Positions 28,487 through 39,473 of a stretch of DNA of 64,000 nucleotides are shown here, in pieces; positions within the stretch are counted from its first letter, which is position 1; each line of letters opens with the position of its first letter. The notes under the pieces were generated by a model. It was not told where the DNA came from and did no database searches. It worked only from the letters and a program-made list of their open reading frames with translations. The translations under genes and the position numbers were made by a program. This DNA is from an uncultured bacterium (lineage in GTDB: Bacteria > Electryoneota > Tariuqbacteria > Tariuqbacterales > Tariuqbacteraceae): NCBI GenBank assembly GCA_964421875.1, contig CAYQZD010000002.1, forward strand, positions 8,747 to 72,746, given 5' to 3'.

Positions 28487-28637
28487 GGCCGTGGTCGGCG
28501 GTCGGCAATCGGTAGTTGGTTGTTGACAGTCGGTAGTCTGTGAAATTAAAATTGTCCGATTCACTAATCACCAACGGTTTTTTTCAAGTTATGTTGAGTG
28601 AGGTTACAACGGAGAGGCTCGTATTAGGAATTAACCT

Positions 28638-29636
28638 GTGAGAAATTTGCATAAAAGACCATATTCGATGGTGGTCGGCACCGGCCATTACGTCCCGGAC
28701 AAGGTTTTGTCCAATTACGACTTGGAGAAGATGGTCGATACCTCCGATGAGTGGATAGTCACCCGCACCGGAATCAGGGAACGGAGGATTTGCGCCCCCG
28801 ATGAGACCACTTCCGACATCTCCGCCAAAGCGGCGCTGGCGGCGCTCGACAAAGCCGGCATCGAACCGGCAGAGGTCGAGCTTATTATCACCGGAACCAT
28901 CAATCCCGATATGAAATTTCCTTCCGCCTCCGTTTTCGTCCAGAAAAAACTCGGCAACACAAAAGGAGTCGGCTTCGATTTAGCCGCGGCCTGCTCCGGT
29001 TTCCTATATTCTCTGACGGTGGCGGATTCCCTGATTGCTACTGGAATGTTCAACAACGCTGTGGTCATTGGCACCGAAATTCTCTCGCGAGTCGCTGACT
29101 GGAATGACCGGAATACCTGTGTCCTGTTCGGAGACGGCTCAGGGGCGGTGGCGCTTGAAAAATCCGACGGAAAGCGAGGACTGTTGTCTTCCACCCTGCA
29201 TACCGATGGTTCCCTTACCCATCTGCTCTATTACCTCGGCGAAGGCACCAAATACCCCGCCAGTCATGAAACCATCGACAAAGGATATCATTTCCTCCGT
29301 ATGAACGGCCAGGAGGTTTTCAAGCATGCGGTGCGGGAGATGGCTGAGTCATCCCTGGAAGCAATTGAAAAGGCGGGATTGAAACCCGCCGACATCGATA
29401 TTATGATACCTCATCAAGCGAATATACGCATCATCGACGCTACTGCCAAACGATTGGGATTCACCACCGACAGGATTATGGTCAACATCGACAAAACCGG
29501 AAACACCTCCTCCGCTTCTATCCCCATCGCCCTTGACCAAGCCGCACGAGAGGGGCGGGTAGTCCCGGGGATGAATGTGCTGATGGCTGTTTTTGGAGGG
29601 GGATTGACCTGGGGCGCCGCGGTTTTGAAGTTCTAA
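28638..29636 (+). CDS. fabH: 3-oxoacyl-ACP synthase III
   Basis: AAACSGF active-site Cys, and the His/Asn C-terminal motifs (HQAN, GNTSSAS). Confidence 0.9.
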   Translation: MRNLHKRPYSMVVGTGHYVPDKVLSNYDLEKMVDTSDEWIVTRTGIRERRICAPDETTSDISAKAALAALDKAGIEPAEVELIITGTINPDMKFPSASVFVQKKLGNTKGVGFDLAAACSGFLYSLTVADSLIATGMFNNAVVIGTEILSRVADWNDRNTCVLFGDGSGAVALEKSDGKRGLLSSTLHTDGSLTHLLYYLGEGTKYPASHETIDKGYHFLRMNGQEVFKHAVREMAESSLEAIEKAGLKPADIDIMIPHQANIRIIDATAKRLGFTTDRIMVNIDKTGNTSSASIPIALDQAAREGRVVPGMNVLMAVFGGGLTWGAAVLKF

Positions 29637-29672
29637 GAAATGACTGTAATGACAATGAAGGTTTGTTCAGAT

Positions 29673-29749
29673 GTCGGGTTCGAGGATGAACCCGACTCCA
29701 CACATAAGTATTAGTAAAACAGTGGAGTCGGGATGGTCTCCATCCCGAC
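29673..29749. repeat. Family G hairpins (GTCGGGTTCG-agga-TGAACCCGAC type) between fabH and fabD
   Basis: GTCGGGTTCgaggatGAACCCGAC at 29673-29696 and GTCGGGATGGtctCCATCCCGAC at 29727-29749. A related copy, GTCGGGTTCGtcctCGAACCCGAC, is at 35929-35952. Confidence 0.65.
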
Positions 29750-29811
29750 AATATTCCTACTTGTATCCTAACCTTAAATGCCAATACAAATAACCGTTAA
29801 TTTTCAATAGA

Positions 29812-30723
29812 TTGAAAAAATACGCTTTCATTTTCCCCGGTCAGGCTTCCCAGGAAGTGGGGATGGGCCAGGATTTCTATCGGGAATTTTCCCGAGTGCG
29901 CGAACTTTACGACGCCGCGGAAACTTTCTTAGGATTTCCCCTTAAGCGGCTCTCCTTCGAAGGACCGCTGGAGGAGCTTACTCAAACCCGGATTACCCAG
30001 CCCGCCATCTTTGTGATGAGTGTCACGGTGGATATGCTCTTGAAAGAGCGGGGGATAACTCCTGTCGCTGCCGCAGGTCACAGTCTGGGCGAGTTCTCGG
30101 CGCTGGTATCGGCGCAGGCGCTGACTTTTGAACAGGGACTAAAGCTGGTAAAACTTAGGGGGGAACTGATGGCTCGAGCGGGGGAGCTTAATCCCGGAAC
30201 TATGGCGGCGGTGATTGGACTCGAGGGCGGGAAAGTCGAGGAAGTCTGCCGCGAAACCGAGGGTGTGGCGCTTCCCGCAAATTACAATTCACCGGGACAG
30301 TTGGTCATCTCCGGCGAAATTGAGGCGGTGAAAAAAGCGATGGCTCTGGCCAAGGAAAGAGGGGCGAAAATCGTAAAGGAACTAAACGTCTCCGGAGCCT
30401 TCCATTCTCCGCTGATGGAATCAGGTTCCGAGGAACTTTTCGAGGAGATAGATAATACCGAGTTTGCGCCTCCCGTTTTCCCGGTCTATCATAACGCCGC
30501 CGCAGAGCCGGCTTCTTCACCTGAGCAAATAAAAGAAATGCTGAAAAAGCAATTGACTTCCCCGGTTCTTTGGGAACAATCTATATTGAGTATGATTCCC
30601 CTGACAAATGCGTTCCTGGAAGTCGGACCGGGCAAGGTTTTGACCGGGCTGCTTAAACGGATAGATCGGGAGGTGCAGGTCGATTCCATCGGCTGTGTCG
30701 AAACATTGAATACTATCGAATAG
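29812..30723 (+). CDS. fabD: Malonyl-CoA-ACP transacylase
   Basis: FPGQASQ, GHSLGEFSAL active-site Ser, and GAFHS motif. Confidence 0.9.
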   Translation: MKKYAFIFPGQASQEVGMGQDFYREFSRVRELYDAAETFLGFPLKRLSFEGPLEELTQTRITQPAIFVMSVTVDMLLKERGITPVAAAGHSLGEFSALVSAQALTFEQGLKLVKLRGELMARAGELNPGTMAAVIGLEGGKVEEVCRETEGVALPANYNSPGQLVISGEIEAVKKAMALAKERGAKIVKELNVSGAFHSPLMESGSEELFEEIDNTEFAPPVFPVYHNAAAEPASSPEQIKEMLKKQLTSPVLWEQSILSMIPLTNAFLEVGPGKVLTGLLKRIDREVQVDSIGCVETLNTIE

Positions 30724-30816
30724 AAATTTCAGGGTGGATTATGACCCACTAAAATACTAATTCTCAGTAAAAAAAACAAAAAAATAGAATTCCACAAAAT
30801 CTTGGAGAAAAATACT

Positions 30817-31050
30817 ATGGTCAACGAAGAAAGGGTCAAGGAAATCATCGTGGATCAGCTTGGTGTTGATCCCGCTAAGGTCGTTCCCGAAGCGTCTTTT
30901 ATCGATGATTTGGGAGCCGATTCGCTCGATACGGTGGAGCTGATAATGGCCTTTGAGGAGGAATATGGGATTGAAATCCCCGATGAAGAGGCGGAAAAGC
31001 TCACCACTGTCGGCGCAGCTCTAAAGTACCTCGAAAGCAAAATTGGGTGA
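30817..31050 (+). CDS. acpP: Acyl carrier protein
   Basis: [15 protein letters not shown] phosphopantetheine-attachment motif. ATG at 30817 is preferred over the TTG at 30802 because of the GGAGA RBS. Confidence 0.9.
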   Translation: MVNEERVKEIIVDQLGVDPAKVVPEASFIDDLGADSLDTVELIMAFEEEYGIEIPDEEAEKLTTVGAALKYLESKIG

Positions 31051-31056
31051 GACTCA

Positions 31057-32307
31057 ATGACTGACTACCCAAAAAAGGTGGTCGTGACCGGGATGGGAGT
31101 GGTGACTCCCCTGGGAACCAATGTGAAAGACTACTGGGATGGGCTGCTCGCCGGCAAAAGCGGAGTGGGCCCCATAACCAGGTTCGATTCCGATGGATTC
31201 GCCACCACCATCGCCGCCGAAGTGAAGGGATTCAATGCCGATAGTTTTTTGAATCCCAAAGAAGCTCGAAGGATGGATCCCTTCAGTCAATTCGCTATCG
31301 CTTCAGCCCAGATGGCGATTGAAGACGCGGGATGGGATCTGAATTCGATAAACAAAGACCGGGTGGGCGTGATAATCGGATCCGGCATCGGGGGGATGTA
31401 CGTTTTCGAAGACCAGGTGATAACGATTAAGGAAAAGGGGCCCCGCCGGGTGAGTCCCTTCTTCATCACCACTATGATAATCGATATCGCCGCTGGACAC
31501 ATCTCAATGCGCTATGGCCTGAAGGGACCCAACTTCGGCACGGTCTCCGCCTGCGCCACCGCCAGCCACGCCATTGGAGTGGCTGTGGACCACATCAGAC
31601 TGGGACGAGCCGACGCCATCATCACCGGCGGGACCGAATCGCCAATCTGCAAGCCCGGTATCGCCGGCTTCAATTCAATGAAAGCCCTCTCTACAAGAAA
31701 CGATGAGCCGGAAAGAGCCAGCAGACCCTTCGACCGCGAAAGGGATGGTTTTGTCACCGGGGAGGGGTGCGGACTACTCATCCTCGAATCCGAGGAGTTC
31801 GCCAGAGCCAGAGGGGCGCGGATTTACGCTGAACTTGCGGGAGTTGGTTTCACCGCCGACGCCTACCATATCACCGCGCCCGCGCCCGGGGGAGAAGGAG
31901 CGGTGCGAGCGATGAAAATGGCGGTGGATGAGGCGCATCTCAAGCTCACAGATATCGATTACATCAACGCGCACGGAACCTCAACCCCGCTCAATGACAA
32001 GAACGAAACCGAGGCTATTAAAAACCTATTTGGAGAGCACGCCTACAAACTGAAAATCAGTTCCACCAAGTCGATGATTGGGCATCTGCTGGGAGCTTCC
32101 GGGGGGGCGGAGTCGGTGGCTACAGTGATGACTGTCTGCCATGATAAAATCCATCCCACCGTAAACTATGAATATCCCGACCCTGATTGCGACCTCGACT
32201 ATGTGCCCAACCAGGCTGTCGATTATAAGGTTAAACATGCTTTATGCAACACTTTCGGTTTTGGTGGGCACAATGCCTGTCTGCTGTTCTCAAAGTACTC
32301 TCGTTAG
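31057..32307 (+). CDS. fabF: 3-oxoacyl-ACP synthase II
   Basis: Active-site Cys in SACATASHAIG, and the HGTSTPLND and GHLLGASG motifs. Confidence 0.9.
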   Translation: MTDYPKKVVVTGMGVVTPLGTNVKDYWDGLLAGKSGVGPITRFDSDGFATTIAAEVKGFNADSFLNPKEARRMDPFSQFAIASAQMAIEDAGWDLNSINKDRVGVIIGSGIGGMYVFEDQVITIKEKGPRRVSPFFITTMIIDIAAGHISMRYGLKGPNFGTVSACATASHAIGVAVDHIRLGRADAIITGGTESPICKPGIAGFNSMKALSTRNDEPERASRPFDRERDGFVTGEGCGLLILESEEFARARGARIYAELAGVGFTADAYHITAPAPGGEGAVRAMKMAVDEAHLKLTDIDYINAHGTSTPLNDKNETEAIKNLFGEHAYKLKISSTKSMIGHLLGASGGAESVATVMTVCHDKIHPTVNYEYPDPDCDLDYVPNQAVDYKVKHALCNTFGFGGHNACLLFSKYSR

Positions 32308-32310
32308 CCG

Positions 32311-33072
32311 ATGATGGTTATTATGCCTTCTCTGAAACGGAAATTGTTCAAAAAAATCTCCGGACCGGACCGGGAAAACCTGCGCCGCTTGGAGAAGAAA
32401 ATCGGCTACCGTTTCAAGAATCCCTCGCTGGCGCTTAAAGCGCTAAGGCATCGGTCTGTACTCACACAGGAGAATTTCGACCACACCGATTCCTATGAAA
32501 GGCTGGAGTTCCTGGGCGATGCGGTCATAACTCTGGTCACCTCCAAATACCTGATGAAAAAATTCCCCGAAGCTGGCGAAGGTGAATTGACCAAATTAAA
32601 ATCGCTGGTGGTTTCCGGAGAGGTTTTAAGCGAACAAGCGCAGGCGCTGCAACTTGGTGATAACATCTTTATGAGCGAAGGGGAGGACCGTTCCGGAGGC
32701 CGGGAGAAACCCTCGATTCTGGAGGATGTGTTCGAAGCGTTGGCGGGCGCGGTTTTCCTCGACGGTGGATTATCAGCCTCGGAAAAATTTATCCGGAAAA
32801 ATCTCCTGAGATACACTGAAAGTATTTATCACTCTGAAAATCATGTCAATTACAAGAGCATCCTGCTGGAGTACGCTCAATCTGAACATTCGGTTCAACC
32901 CAAATATCGAGTGATTTCCGAGGAGGGACCGGACCACAACAAAATATACCGCATCGAAGCCTCGATTGAAAACAGGGTTCTCGGTGTAGGCGAGGGAACC
33001 AGCAAGAAACGAGCGGAACAGCAAGCCGCTAAAGCCGCCCTTCAAGAGTTGGGGGTGAAAATCGGAGAATGA
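32311..33072 (+). CDS. rnc: Ribonuclease III
   Basis: ERLEFLGDAV catalytic signature and a C-terminal dsRBD. Confidence 0.9.
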   Translation: MMVIMPSLKRKLFKKISGPDRENLRRLEKKIGYRFKNPSLALKALRHRSVLTQENFDHTDSYERLEFLGDAVITLVTSKYLMKKFPEAGEGELTKLKSLVVSGEVLSEQAQALQLGDNIFMSEGEDRSGGREKPSILEDVFEALAGAVFLDGGLSASEKFIRKNLLRYTESIYHSENHVNYKSILLEYAQSEHSVQPKYRVISEEGPDHNKIYRIEASIENRVLGVGEGTSKKRAEQQAAKAALQELGVKIGE

Positions 33073-33186
33073 ACCTGACAGGGGCGGGAAGTTTTATAAA
33101 TAAATATATCCGGAGACATTTGGGGAGGAAACCGTTAGTGACGGTTCTTAAGATACAAAACCTCATCTAAAACGATTGGGAGAAAA

Positions 33187-34338
33187 ATGGATTATTTGCT
33201 TACCGAAGAACAGGAGGAACTGAAAAAGATAGCGCGCCGAATCGCGCTGGAAAAGGTCAAACCCGTCCGCGAAAAATATGACCGTGAAGCGATTTTTCCC
33301 TGGGATATAGTGAAAGTCTTCGCTGAAGCGGGATTCTTCGAATTGTACATACCCGAAGATTACGGCGGCGCCGGAGGCGGTGTGTTCGAACTCTGTTTGG
33401 TAACCGAAGAACTCTCCCGCATTTGCGGCGGAATAGCCCTGGCTGTAGCTGCCACCGCTCTGGGAACCTTCCCCATAATTATCAGCGGAAACGATGAGCA
33501 GAAGAAAAAATACCTGCCGGACCTGGCGGCGGGAAAGATGATCGCCGCTTTTGGATTGACCGAACCCTTGGCCGGGTCCGATGCCGGAGCTATCCGAACC
33601 ACCGCGGTTCGAGACGGGGACTACTATATTCTCAATGGGAGTAAGTGTTTCATCACCAACGGAAGCGAAGCCAAGATTTATACTGTAATTGCCTCTACTG
33701 ACCCTGGAAAAGGCACCAGAGGCGCCTCCGCCTTCATCGTGGAAGAAGGATTCGAAGGATTCAGTTACGGTAAAATAGAAGACAAAATGGGTATCCGAGC
33801 CTCCGCAACCTCCGAACTTATCTTCCAAGACTGCAAAGTGCCGGTGGAAAATCGGCTGGGTAAAGAAGGCCAGGGATTCATAGTGGCGATGAAAACCCTG
33901 GATAAATCCCGTCCCGGCGTAGCCGCTCAAGCCCTGGGTATAGCGCAGGGCGCCTTCGACCTGGCGGTGGAATACACTATGCAGCGGGAGCAGTTTGGGC
34001 GGACAATCGCTTCCTTCCAGGGAATCCAGTGGATGCTGGCGGATATGGCTGCTCAGATTGAAGCGTCCAGAGCGCTGGTCTATTCCTCAGCCAGAATGAT
34101 CGACGCCGGTAAATCCAACGTAGCTAAGGGAGCCGCCATCGCTAAATTAGTAGCTTCCGACACCGCGATGAAGGTCTCCACCGACGCGGTTCAACTGTTC
34201 GGAGGATACGGCTATATGCGCGATTATCCCATTGAAAAGTTTATGCGGGACGCAAAAATCACGCAGATTTACGAAGGCACCAATCAAATTCAACGTGTGG
34301 TTATCGGAAAGAGTATCATCCGCGAAGCCGCAAGCTGA
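33187..34338 (+). CDS. Acyl-CoA dehydrogenase (short/butyryl-CoA type)
   Basis: 383 aa, ACAD N, middle and C domains; ...QLFGGYGYMRDYPIEKFMRDAKITQIYEGTNQIQR C-terminal signature. Confidence 0.85.
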   Translation: MDYLLTEEQEELKKIARRIALEKVKPVREKYDREAIFPWDIVKVFAEAGFFELYIPEDYGGAGGGVFELCLVTEELSRICGGIALAVAATALGTFPIIISGNDEQKKKYLPDLAAGKMIAAFGLTEPLAGSDAGAIRTTAVRDGDYYILNGSKCFITNGSEAKIYTVIASTDPGKGTRGASAFIVEEGFEGFSYGKIEDKMGIRASATSELIFQDCKVPVENRLGKEGQGFIVAMKTLDKSRPGVAAQALGIAQGAFDLAVEYTMQREQFGRTIASFQGIQWMLADMAAQIEASRALVYSSARMIDAGKSNVAKGAAIAKLVASDTAMKVSTDAVQLFGGYGYMRDYPIEKFMRDAKITQIYEGTNQIQRVVIGKSIIREAAS

Positions 34339-34742
34339 TTCCCTTATGACTAAAGGAACGCTTAAACTCTGAAATCGAGTGTGGAATCTCGAATAGCCCT
34401 GAAATAAGGCTCTATACTTAAACTCAACTGTCATACCGCATCCCGAGGAAAAAACGGCAGCGCTGCCTCGCGAGCCCTTGTTTTCACACTTCTGAATACA
34501 AAATCTCGATTTAAACCCCCGAATAAGGATTCAATCGTTAATCCGTCAGGATTGATACAAATTATTACCTTGAAAAAAACGGTAGCGTTAGTGCGCAAAC
34601 CGTAGGTTTTTCCGCAGTACAGCGGATTCCGAAGGGTCGCGATAAAGACCTTCTGAGAGGATTTATCTGAATTTGTGCTCGTGTTTTTCTGCTCGCTGTG
34701 GGTAAGGTTTAACATCACGGCACATCATGCCTGGAGAATGTT

Positions 34743-35876
34743 ATGAATTACAAGGTGTTGTTGGTTGATGACGACCAAACCATCCTTAAACTCTTCTCGG
34801 CTTATCTGGAAGCGCAGGGAATGGATGTTACCGAAGCTTCCGACGGATTGGATGCGCTTGAAGTGTTGAAGCAGGAAGAATTCGACCTGTTGGTTACTGA
34901 CATCAGGATGCCGAAGATGACCGGTATTGAATTGATACGCAGAAGCCGCGAGTATCAGCCGGATTTACCCTCGGTGATTGTTTCCGGAGAGGGAACTTTG
35001 TCGGAAGCCGCGGAAGCGGTGAACCTCAAGGTCCAATACTACCTGGAAAAACCGGTGGACAATCTCAGCACCCTGAAAGAGGTGCTGCTCGAAGCGGTTA
35101 AATCTGACCGGAAGAGTCTGGAAAGAAGAATTAAAAAACTGGAGGAGGAGCGGGAACTCTATCGCAGAGTCCTACGCGATGTGTACCGCCTGCCGACATT
35201 AGGCCCCATCGCAGTGGGTTTGGCGCATAACCTCAATAGCCCCTTGGGTGGGATAATAGGTTATACTCAACTGGGTAAGATGAAGAATCCGCAGCTTGAA
35301 GTGTTCGGCACTATAGACGGTCAAGCTAAAAAAATATCTAATTCCCTCAACGAAATTGCGGACAAGGGCAAAGCGGAAAACAACACTCAACCGGAAGAGA
35401 TTAACCTCAAAAGACTGGTGCAGAGCGAGGTCGAGTTTCTCAATTATAATCTGTTTTTCAAACACCAGGTTGAGTTCAGTCTGAAGTTGGAGGATGTGCC
35501 GCAAATTATGGGCACATATTTCCATTTCTCGCTGTGCTTGCATCACATTCTTCAAAATGCGCGAGACGCCGTCTTCAATTCCGAAAAAAAGTCCGTCGTG
35601 ATATCAACCAGTCATCAAGATGGAATAATCCTGCTAAAAGTGTCGGATACCGGCGTAGGGATTCCCCAAGAAAATATGGATAAGCTTTTCGAACCGGGTT
35701 TCTCCTCCAAACCCCTTCCCGCCCAAGTCTCCGCTCCTGAAATCCCCTCGGGCTATGGCCTCGGTCTAAGCATTGTCAAGGAATTACTGGAAAGCTACGG
35801 CGCGGAAATCTCGATTGAAAGCAAAGTGGAAGCAGGAACCAAGGTTAAGGTAAAAATTCCGGTCGAAAAGAAATAA
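34743..35876 (+). CDS. Hybrid response-regulator receiver / histidine kinase (REC-HisKA-HATPase)
   Basis: N-terminal REC domain (VLLVDDD...LVTDIRMPKMTG). Phospho-acceptor His in GLAHNLNSPL. C-terminal HATPase (DTGVGI, GYGLGLSI). Confidence 0.75.
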   Translation: MNYKVLLVDDDQTILKLFSAYLEAQGMDVTEASDGLDALEVLKQEEFDLLVTDIRMPKMTGIELIRRSREYQPDLPSVIVSGEGTLSEAAEAVNLKVQYYLEKPVDNLSTLKEVLLEAVKSDRKSLERRIKKLEEERELYRRVLRDVYRLPTLGPIAVGLAHNLNSPLGGIIGYTQLGKMKNPQLEVFGTIDGQAKKISNSLNEIADKGKAENNTQPEEINLKRLVQSEVEFLNYNLFFKHQVEFSLKLEDVPQIMGTYFHFSLCLHHILQNARDAVFNSEKKSVVISTSHQDGIILLKVSDTGVGIPQENMDKLFEPGFSSKPLPAQVSAPEIPSGYGLGLSIVKELLESYGAEISIESKVEAGTKVKVKIPVEKK

Positions 35877-35990
35877 TCTCCATGAAAACTATCCCGACTT
35901 CACTTTATTAATTATACTTATGTACGGAGTCGGGTTCGTCCTCGAACCCGACATTTGAACTGACTTTCAATGTCAGTCCTCTAACATTGT

Positions 35991-36926
35991 ATGGTAGGTT
36001 TTACTATGGATTCAAGGCGAGTCGTAATATTGGGTTCGGGACCTGCGGGATACACCGCAGCGATTTATACCTCCAGAGCTGAACTGAAGCCGATGATGTT
36101 CGAGGGATATCAGGTCGGCGGGCAAATCACCATCACCACCGAAGTGGAAAATTTCCCGGGCTTTGAAGAAGGCATCCTGGGGCATGAATTGATGAACAAG
36201 ATGAGGCAGCAGGCTTTAAAGTTCGGAACTGAGATTGTGGCCGACCATGTCAAAGAAGTGGATTTTACCCAGCGACCCTTCACCATTAAAGCCGAGTACA
36301 ACGAGGTTTTAGCGGAAGCCGCCGTCATCTGCACCGGCGCTTCAGCCAGGTGGCTGGGGCTGCCCTCGGAAGCGAAGTTAAGAGGTTATGGCGTGTCGGC
36401 CTGCGCAACCTGCGACGGTTTCTTCTTCAAGGATAAAAAGGTAATGGTGGTCGGCGGCGGTGACAGCGCGATGGAGGAAGCAACCTACCTCACTCGTTTC
36501 GCCACCGAAGTCAGGGTCATCCATCGACGGGACCAGCTCCGCGCCTCCAAGTTTATGCAGCAGAAGGCCTTTAACAATCCCAAAATCAGCTTCATCTGGG
36601 ATTCGATTGTAGAAGAAATTGTCGGAGAACCGGAAATCGGCCTGCAAGCTGTTAGATACCGTAATGTGAAAACCGGCGAGGTTGCCACCGAACCCTTCAA
36701 CGGCCTCTTTTTAGCCATTGGCCACGTTCCCAATACCTCCATCTTTCGAGGACAGCTCGACCTAGACCAGGAGGGATATATCATCACTCAGCCCGACAGC
36801 GCTAAGACCAGCGTGGAGGGAGTCTTCGCAGCCGGCGATGTGCAGGACAAGGTCTTCCGTCAAGCAATCACCGCCGCCGGCTCCGGCTGTATGGCAGCCC
36901 TCGAGGTTGAACGCTGGTTGTCATAG
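35991..36926 (+). CDS. trxB: Thioredoxin-disulfide reductase
   Basis: ILGSGPAG and redox-active CATCDG motifs; the true start may be at 36006 (MDSRR). Confidence 0.9.
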   Translation: MVGFTMDSRRVVILGSGPAGYTAAIYTSRAELKPMMFEGYQVGGQITITTEVENFPGFEEGILGHELMNKMRQQALKFGTEIVADHVKEVDFTQRPFTIKAEYNEVLAEAAVICTGASARWLGLPSEAKLRGYGVSACATCDGFFFKDKKVMVVGGGDSAMEEATYLTRFATEVRVIHRRDQLRASKFMQQKAFNNPKISFIWDSIVEEIVGEPEIGLQAVRYRNVKTGEVATEPFNGLFLAIGHVPNTSIFRGQLDLDQEGYIITQPDSAKTSVEGVFAAGDVQDKVFRQAITAAGSGCMAALEVERWLS

Positions 36927-37166
36927 TATTATGAAAACAGCTTTACCGCTCCTTGCAAAGATATATCTTCATTCTTTTTTACGGATGGTCGCGAAAAGAG
37001 ACCATCTTTGATGCTTTATAAATATCTTCCACAGTGAATTCTTCTCTTCTAAACCTGTCCTGAAAACAGCCTCGCCAATTCGCGAGCCTGTATATATCAT
37101 TCCTGAAACCGTGAAATTGCGGAACAGCTCTTTTCTTGAAATTACTATATCATCGTATCCTGCTAA

Positions 37167-39146
37167 ATGGCGAAGACGGCGCAAAAATATCCCGTATGGT
37201 TAATTTTACTTCTTTTATTCATCATAACCGGAGTGACTGGAGCCCTCTTCGATTTCGGAAATGACTTTGCCCGCGGAGGGGAACTGGCTCGGATGGCCAC
37301 TGCCGAGTCCTTAGTGGAGCGGGGAACCTTCAGCATCGACGAATCGCCCGGTTTGGCCACCGTGGACAAGGTTTACATCGAGGGACGCTTCTACGGTTGT
37401 CAGACCCCGGTGATGCCGATGATGATGTCGGTCTCCTATTTTCCCTTATACAAAATCGGTTTGAGTTTCGCCCGTTATAGAGATTTTGTGGTATGGTTCT
37501 TGACCTGGCTTTTCACCGGAGCCGCCATCGCCGGAGCAGCCGCCCTTTTGGGGAAGGCGCATTTCATTGAGTATGAGCGAAGCCGCGAGGCGATAGCCTG
37601 CGCGCTCCTGTTTTTCTTCGGAACCCTATACATCGCTTATAGCTCTGTTCTGAGTAACCATATCTTCTCCGGATTCCTGGTTTTCGCCGCCTTCTTTGTG
37701 GTAATTTACAAACACGGGCAGAAAGCCTGGCTGCTGATTGCAGGTTTTGCGGTGTCGATTGCGGCGATGACCGACCCTCCCGCGGGATTCGCTTTCGGTG
37801 CGGGACTGCTGATATATCAGATAGCGGTGAACCGGTCGGTTTCAGGGGCGTTGTTGTTTCTGCTGGGCGCTGCGCCTCCGGCAGCGGCGCACGTTATCGC
37901 CAATGTCTCTTTTTCCGGTTCAATAATACCGGTCAATCTCAGGCCCGAGCTGTTCGCATACTCGGGGGCGATTTTCGACAAATCCAACCTTTCAGGCGTA
38001 GTGGCGAACACGAAAATCTCTGACATTATTTGGTACGGCTTCCATTCCCTTATAGGGCATCGGGGTTGGTTCAGTTACACTCCTTTGTTATTATTCGGTT
38101 TATGGGGATTGATTGCCGCCCTGCGTCAGCGCGAGTACCGGAACAGAGCCTTGCTCCTGATTATACCATTGTTTGCCGTAACCGCTTTTTATATCTGGAG
38201 AACGAAAAATTTCGGCGACTGCGCTTACGGAAACAGGTTTTTCCTCGCCATCACCCCGGCAATGTTCTATGGAATCGTCTTCCTGGGCGGCAGGCTGAAG
38301 CAGAAGGTTGTAAGTCCCCTCTTCAAGGTCGCAGTGGTATGGTCAATCATCGTCGCCCTGGTGGGAATGATTCGTCCCATATCCGACGCTAAGCTGGGAT
38401 TGAACACTTTCGCCACCAATCTATACTATCTGCAAACGATTACCTTCCCCCGGCTTTCACCCTTAAGCACGAACTGTATTGCCTATCTCTCAGGCTGCGA
38501 TCCGGATGTTATCCAGCGGCAGGGTCGCTGGTTATTCGATTTGGGGCAGTATTCAACAGCGTTAAAGATTTTGGATAAAACACCCTCCGACGTGGACAAC
38601 CGCATAGCAGAAAAAACCCGCGGTGAAATCAGTATGAGCAGGGGAGACTACGCCGCCGCTATCGCAAGGTTTGAAGCAGTATGGGAAAAGTTCGCAGACC
38701 CGGATTTCCTCTACCTTATCGGAAGGTCTTATACTTGGATGGGCGAGCGGGATTCCGGCAATCTATACCTTAACCGATACCTCGCGTTGTTAGACTCTGA
38801 AATCGAAAAAGCGCCGCCGCAACTGGCGCAGCAGGGATTGATATATTTCGACTCGCCCTATGACCGCGACCGCGCCTTAGCTATCCTCGCCGACAACCTG
38901 ATAGTTATGGGCGACATAGACAGCGCCGCCGCTGTTCTGCACCGAGGATTCACCTTCGGCGATTCACTTTTGGAGGTGAAGGTAGCCAAAGCTCGTTTTT
39001 ACGCAATGAAGAACGATGAAGAAGCGGTTTCAATGTATCTTACCAAGGCGGTGGAACAACACCCCCGATTGTATTCGGAATTACAGGGGGATTCATTACT
39101 GAGAAAATACCTCGAAAAAATGAATTGGGAGAAGCAGGGGAGGTGA
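37167..39146 (+). CDS. Polytopic membrane protein (GT-C / ArnT-PMT-like fold suspected) with C-terminal TPR-like repeats
   Basis: About 12 predicted TM helices in the first ~430 aa. The C-terminal ~200 aa is soluble and TPR-like. A paralogous architecture occurs at 46257..47756. Confidence 0.4.
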   Translation: MAKTAQKYPVWLILLLLFIITGVTGALFDFGNDFARGGELARMATAESLVERGTFSIDESPGLATVDKVYIEGRFYGCQTPVMPMMMSVSYFPLYKIGLSFARYRDFVVWFLTWLFTGAAIAGAAALLGKAHFIEYERSREAIACALLFFFGTLYIAYSSVLSNHIFSGFLVFAAFFVVIYKHGQKAWLLIAGFAVSIAAMTDPPAGFAFGAGLLIYQIAVNRSVSGALLFLLGAAPPAAAHVIANVSFSGSIIPVNLRPELFAYSGAIFDKSNLSGVVANTKISDIIWYGFHSLIGHRGWFSYTPLLLFGLWGLIAALRQREYRNRALLLIIPLFAVTAFYIWRTKNFGDCAYGNRFFLAITPAMFYGIVFLGGRLKQKVVSPLFKVAVVWSIIVALVGMIRPISDAKLGLNTFATNLYYLQTITFPRLSPLSTNCIAYLSGCDPDVIQRQGRWLFDLGQYSTALKILDKTPSDVDNRIAEKTRGEISMSRGDYAAAIARFEAVWEKFADPDFLYLIGRSYTWMGERDSGNLYLNRYLALLDSEIEKAPPQLAQQGLIYFDSPYDRDRALAILADNLIVMGDIDSAAAVLHRGFTFGDSLLEVKVAKARFYAMKNDEEAVSMYLTKAVEQHPRLYSELQGDSLLRKYLEKMNWEKQGR

Positions 39147-39150
39147 CAGG

Positions 39151-39423
39151 ATGATTGCGGCTCATATTTTAGTCGACGGCATTGTCCAGGGGGTCGGATT
39201 CCGCTGGTTCGCCCTTAATCTGGCGAATAAGCACGGTCTGGTGGGATGGGTCAGGAATCGGTGGCGGGGAGATGTGGAAATCTTCGTCGAGGGCGACAGG
39301 CAGGTGATAGAGAACTTCATCCAGGTAATCAGGGAGGGACCAAAATACGGCAGGGTGGATTCGGTGGATATCCGATGGAAAACAGCCTCAGGCAAATATA
39401 AAATATTCAATATCACCCGGTAA
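39151..39423 (+). CDS. acyP: Acylphosphatase
   Basis: VDGIVQGVGFRWF and GWVRNRWRGDVEI motifs, 90 aa. Confidence 0.85.
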   Translation: MIAAHILVDGIVQGVGFRWFALNLANKHGLVGWVRNRWRGDVEIFVEGDRQVIENFIQVIREGPKYGRVDSVDIRWKTASGKYKIFNITR

Positions 39424-39473
39424 TTTCAAAATTTTCGAAATCTGAAAAATTACGAAGAAACGGACTTATCCTT

